Below are positions 62,227 through 64,000 of a stretch of DNA of 64,000 bases, one piece after another. The stretch's first letter is position 1. Each line of letters opens with the position of its first letter. This DNA is from Saccostrea cucullata (taxonomy: Eukaryota). A program made the translations under genes and the position numbers. The stretch spans positions 372,001 through 436,000 of the forward strand of contig NW_026935833.1 in assembly GCF_032062105.1 (NCBI RefSeq), in the 5' to 3' direction. A model generated the notes under the pieces. The model was not told the origin of the DNA, ran no database searches, and was given only the letters and a program-made list of their open reading frames with translations.

Positions 62227-64000
62227 GTAAGTACCTTAATAGGGGTAGATAACTTCTGCCAGATCATAGAATAGAAACCATAGGGGCAGATAACTCCAGT
62301 CAGAGTGCCCTGAACTTAATGCAGTCGTAACTTATTGTTTTAATTGTGTTGCGTAATGGAAACAGTAGTAATGGAGACTATAGTTGAAGAACCAGAGGAA
62401 AGGTATGAAAAAAATTTTGAAAAATCATTTTTTTTCCAAGTATTTAGCACCAGGCAGGTAAGGGATTAGCTTGACACATTGCATTTATTTTTTTTATCTG
62501 TATTTCCCTTGGCGCCATTGGAAGTAACGTAGGAGCAGAAATCTAAGCTTTACTCATCCATTTGTTAAATAAAATATATATATTTAAACAAGAATATCAT
62601 TTTGATGCTTTGGTCAAATTCAATCAATATTTTATTTATATTTTCTCAAAGACTAGCAGTTTTGGTTAACTATCCTATCAGGTATAAAGTAGTCTATTAA
62701 GAAACTATTGATAATAGCTTCATGATATAGATGTGAACATTGACCCTCTTATTTGGTCTGTTTGAATGAACAATACTCCTTTAGCAGTCTAATAAATAAA
62801 TCTCTAAAGCAGAACATTTATCCTGAATTGGGTTTAAATTGATGAACAATTTAAACAGCCTGGTGGCTATATGACCTCCTATTGTACTCTGAAATGATAG
62901 ATATCGGATTATTGCAGTGTTTAATTGGTATCTTGATTAAAGAGGGAGAGTCAGAGAGATGTAATGGTAACAAATTGATTTTGAAAATTTTTGAATTCTT
63001 CATTTGAAAAAGTGATCTTAAGCATCATAAGAAATTTAGAAATCTGAATAGAATTGATTAGGGTCCTCTAGTGTTCTGGTGCTCTTTGTTGGCTGTGTTG
63101 TCTGCTTGTTGGTTTGAATGTCTTGCATAGATTTCCTCTTTCCTTGGCCTAGTTTGTCTCTTCATCACTGATTTACATTTGGGTAACATTTGCAACAACA
63201 TAAATCGATCCAAGTTTCTACATTAAAGGATAAAACTAAACAGGTCTTGATCAGTATAAAATTATTGTCTTGGGTGCATTCTATCTTCCTAAAACTCAAT
63301 AGGGCTTATACAGTATATGTTTCCACAGAAATGCTTTTGGATAAAGATAAGGATGTGCAGTGACCTTGTATCAAATTTCTCAGTCAAAGGTTAAGGTTTA
63401 GACATTTTCATATTTAGATTCCCATGAGTCTTATCTTTTAATATCTGCCCTTAGACCACTTCTGTTAATATTCCATGTAAACCTTGATTTAAGTTTTTAG
63501 TTATAAATAGTTTTGGTAGTAACTTATTAAAATTGGGGGGGTGTATTTTATGCCCATGTAATCAAAGATTCCAGGATTATATATAGTTTTTGTTCCCTGT
63601 CTGCAAAAAATTTAACCATCCCATAACTTTGATTGGTTGGAGCTATATGGATTTCATATATCACAAGTATATTCTCTGTGTCACAACCTTTCATTGGATA
63701 CCAACATACTTAACCTCTTGACATTTGACCCAATTTTGCCCCCCCCCCCCTGCCAAATTCTAACTTTAAACTTGGCCATAGCTTTTGAAAAGTTGATGTT
63801 AGGGCTTTCATATATCTTATTTCATGCATATATTCAAGACAAATCCCTCCTTTGGGAAAAAAAAAACATTTTTGGTCTCATGACTTTAGAGTTTGACTGT
63901 ATTAGAGAATCTTTAATCTTCATCATTAGTTGCCTTACATATTTCACTAACACATCATGTTCTTGTGATTGTTATAAAAAATACATACAGAAAATTTATT

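Overview
AT-rich, intron-containing animal genomic DNA. The repeat families (166-bp Cg170-like units inside pearl/Helentron-type elements, Meta-type SINE) point to an oyster-like bivalve; the taxon is inferred. By manual splicing I reconstructed 10 protein-coding loci: PCYOX1-like (-, 5 exons, KTEL end) head-to-head with FAF2/UBXD8 (+, 14 exons, one GC-AG intron); a tandem array of four rho-class glutathione S-transferases (-, identical 168/66/81/81/69/219-nt exon plan, copy 2 frameshifted); an uncharacterised bacterial-type HD phosphohydrolase (+, 5 exons) head-to-head with GST4; a Tctex1-domain dynein light chain (-); an orphan secreted, anionic 8-Cys peptide ending KKRDDEL (+); and the first three exons of a PLEKHA5/7-like WW-WW gene (+). 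Introns and spacers hold many non-autonomous TEs (some triple-nested), a degenerate RTE LINE, a mariner relic and SINEs. Most notable: the orphan Cys-rich peptide, repeated tandem duplication of splice junctions (FAF2, PCYOX1, GST1/2), an apparent gene-conversion tract across GST exon 1, the apparent decay of GST2, and the HD hydrolase. There are no prokaryotic systems, CRISPR arrays or rRNA genes. All homology calls rest on motif recognition, not database searches.
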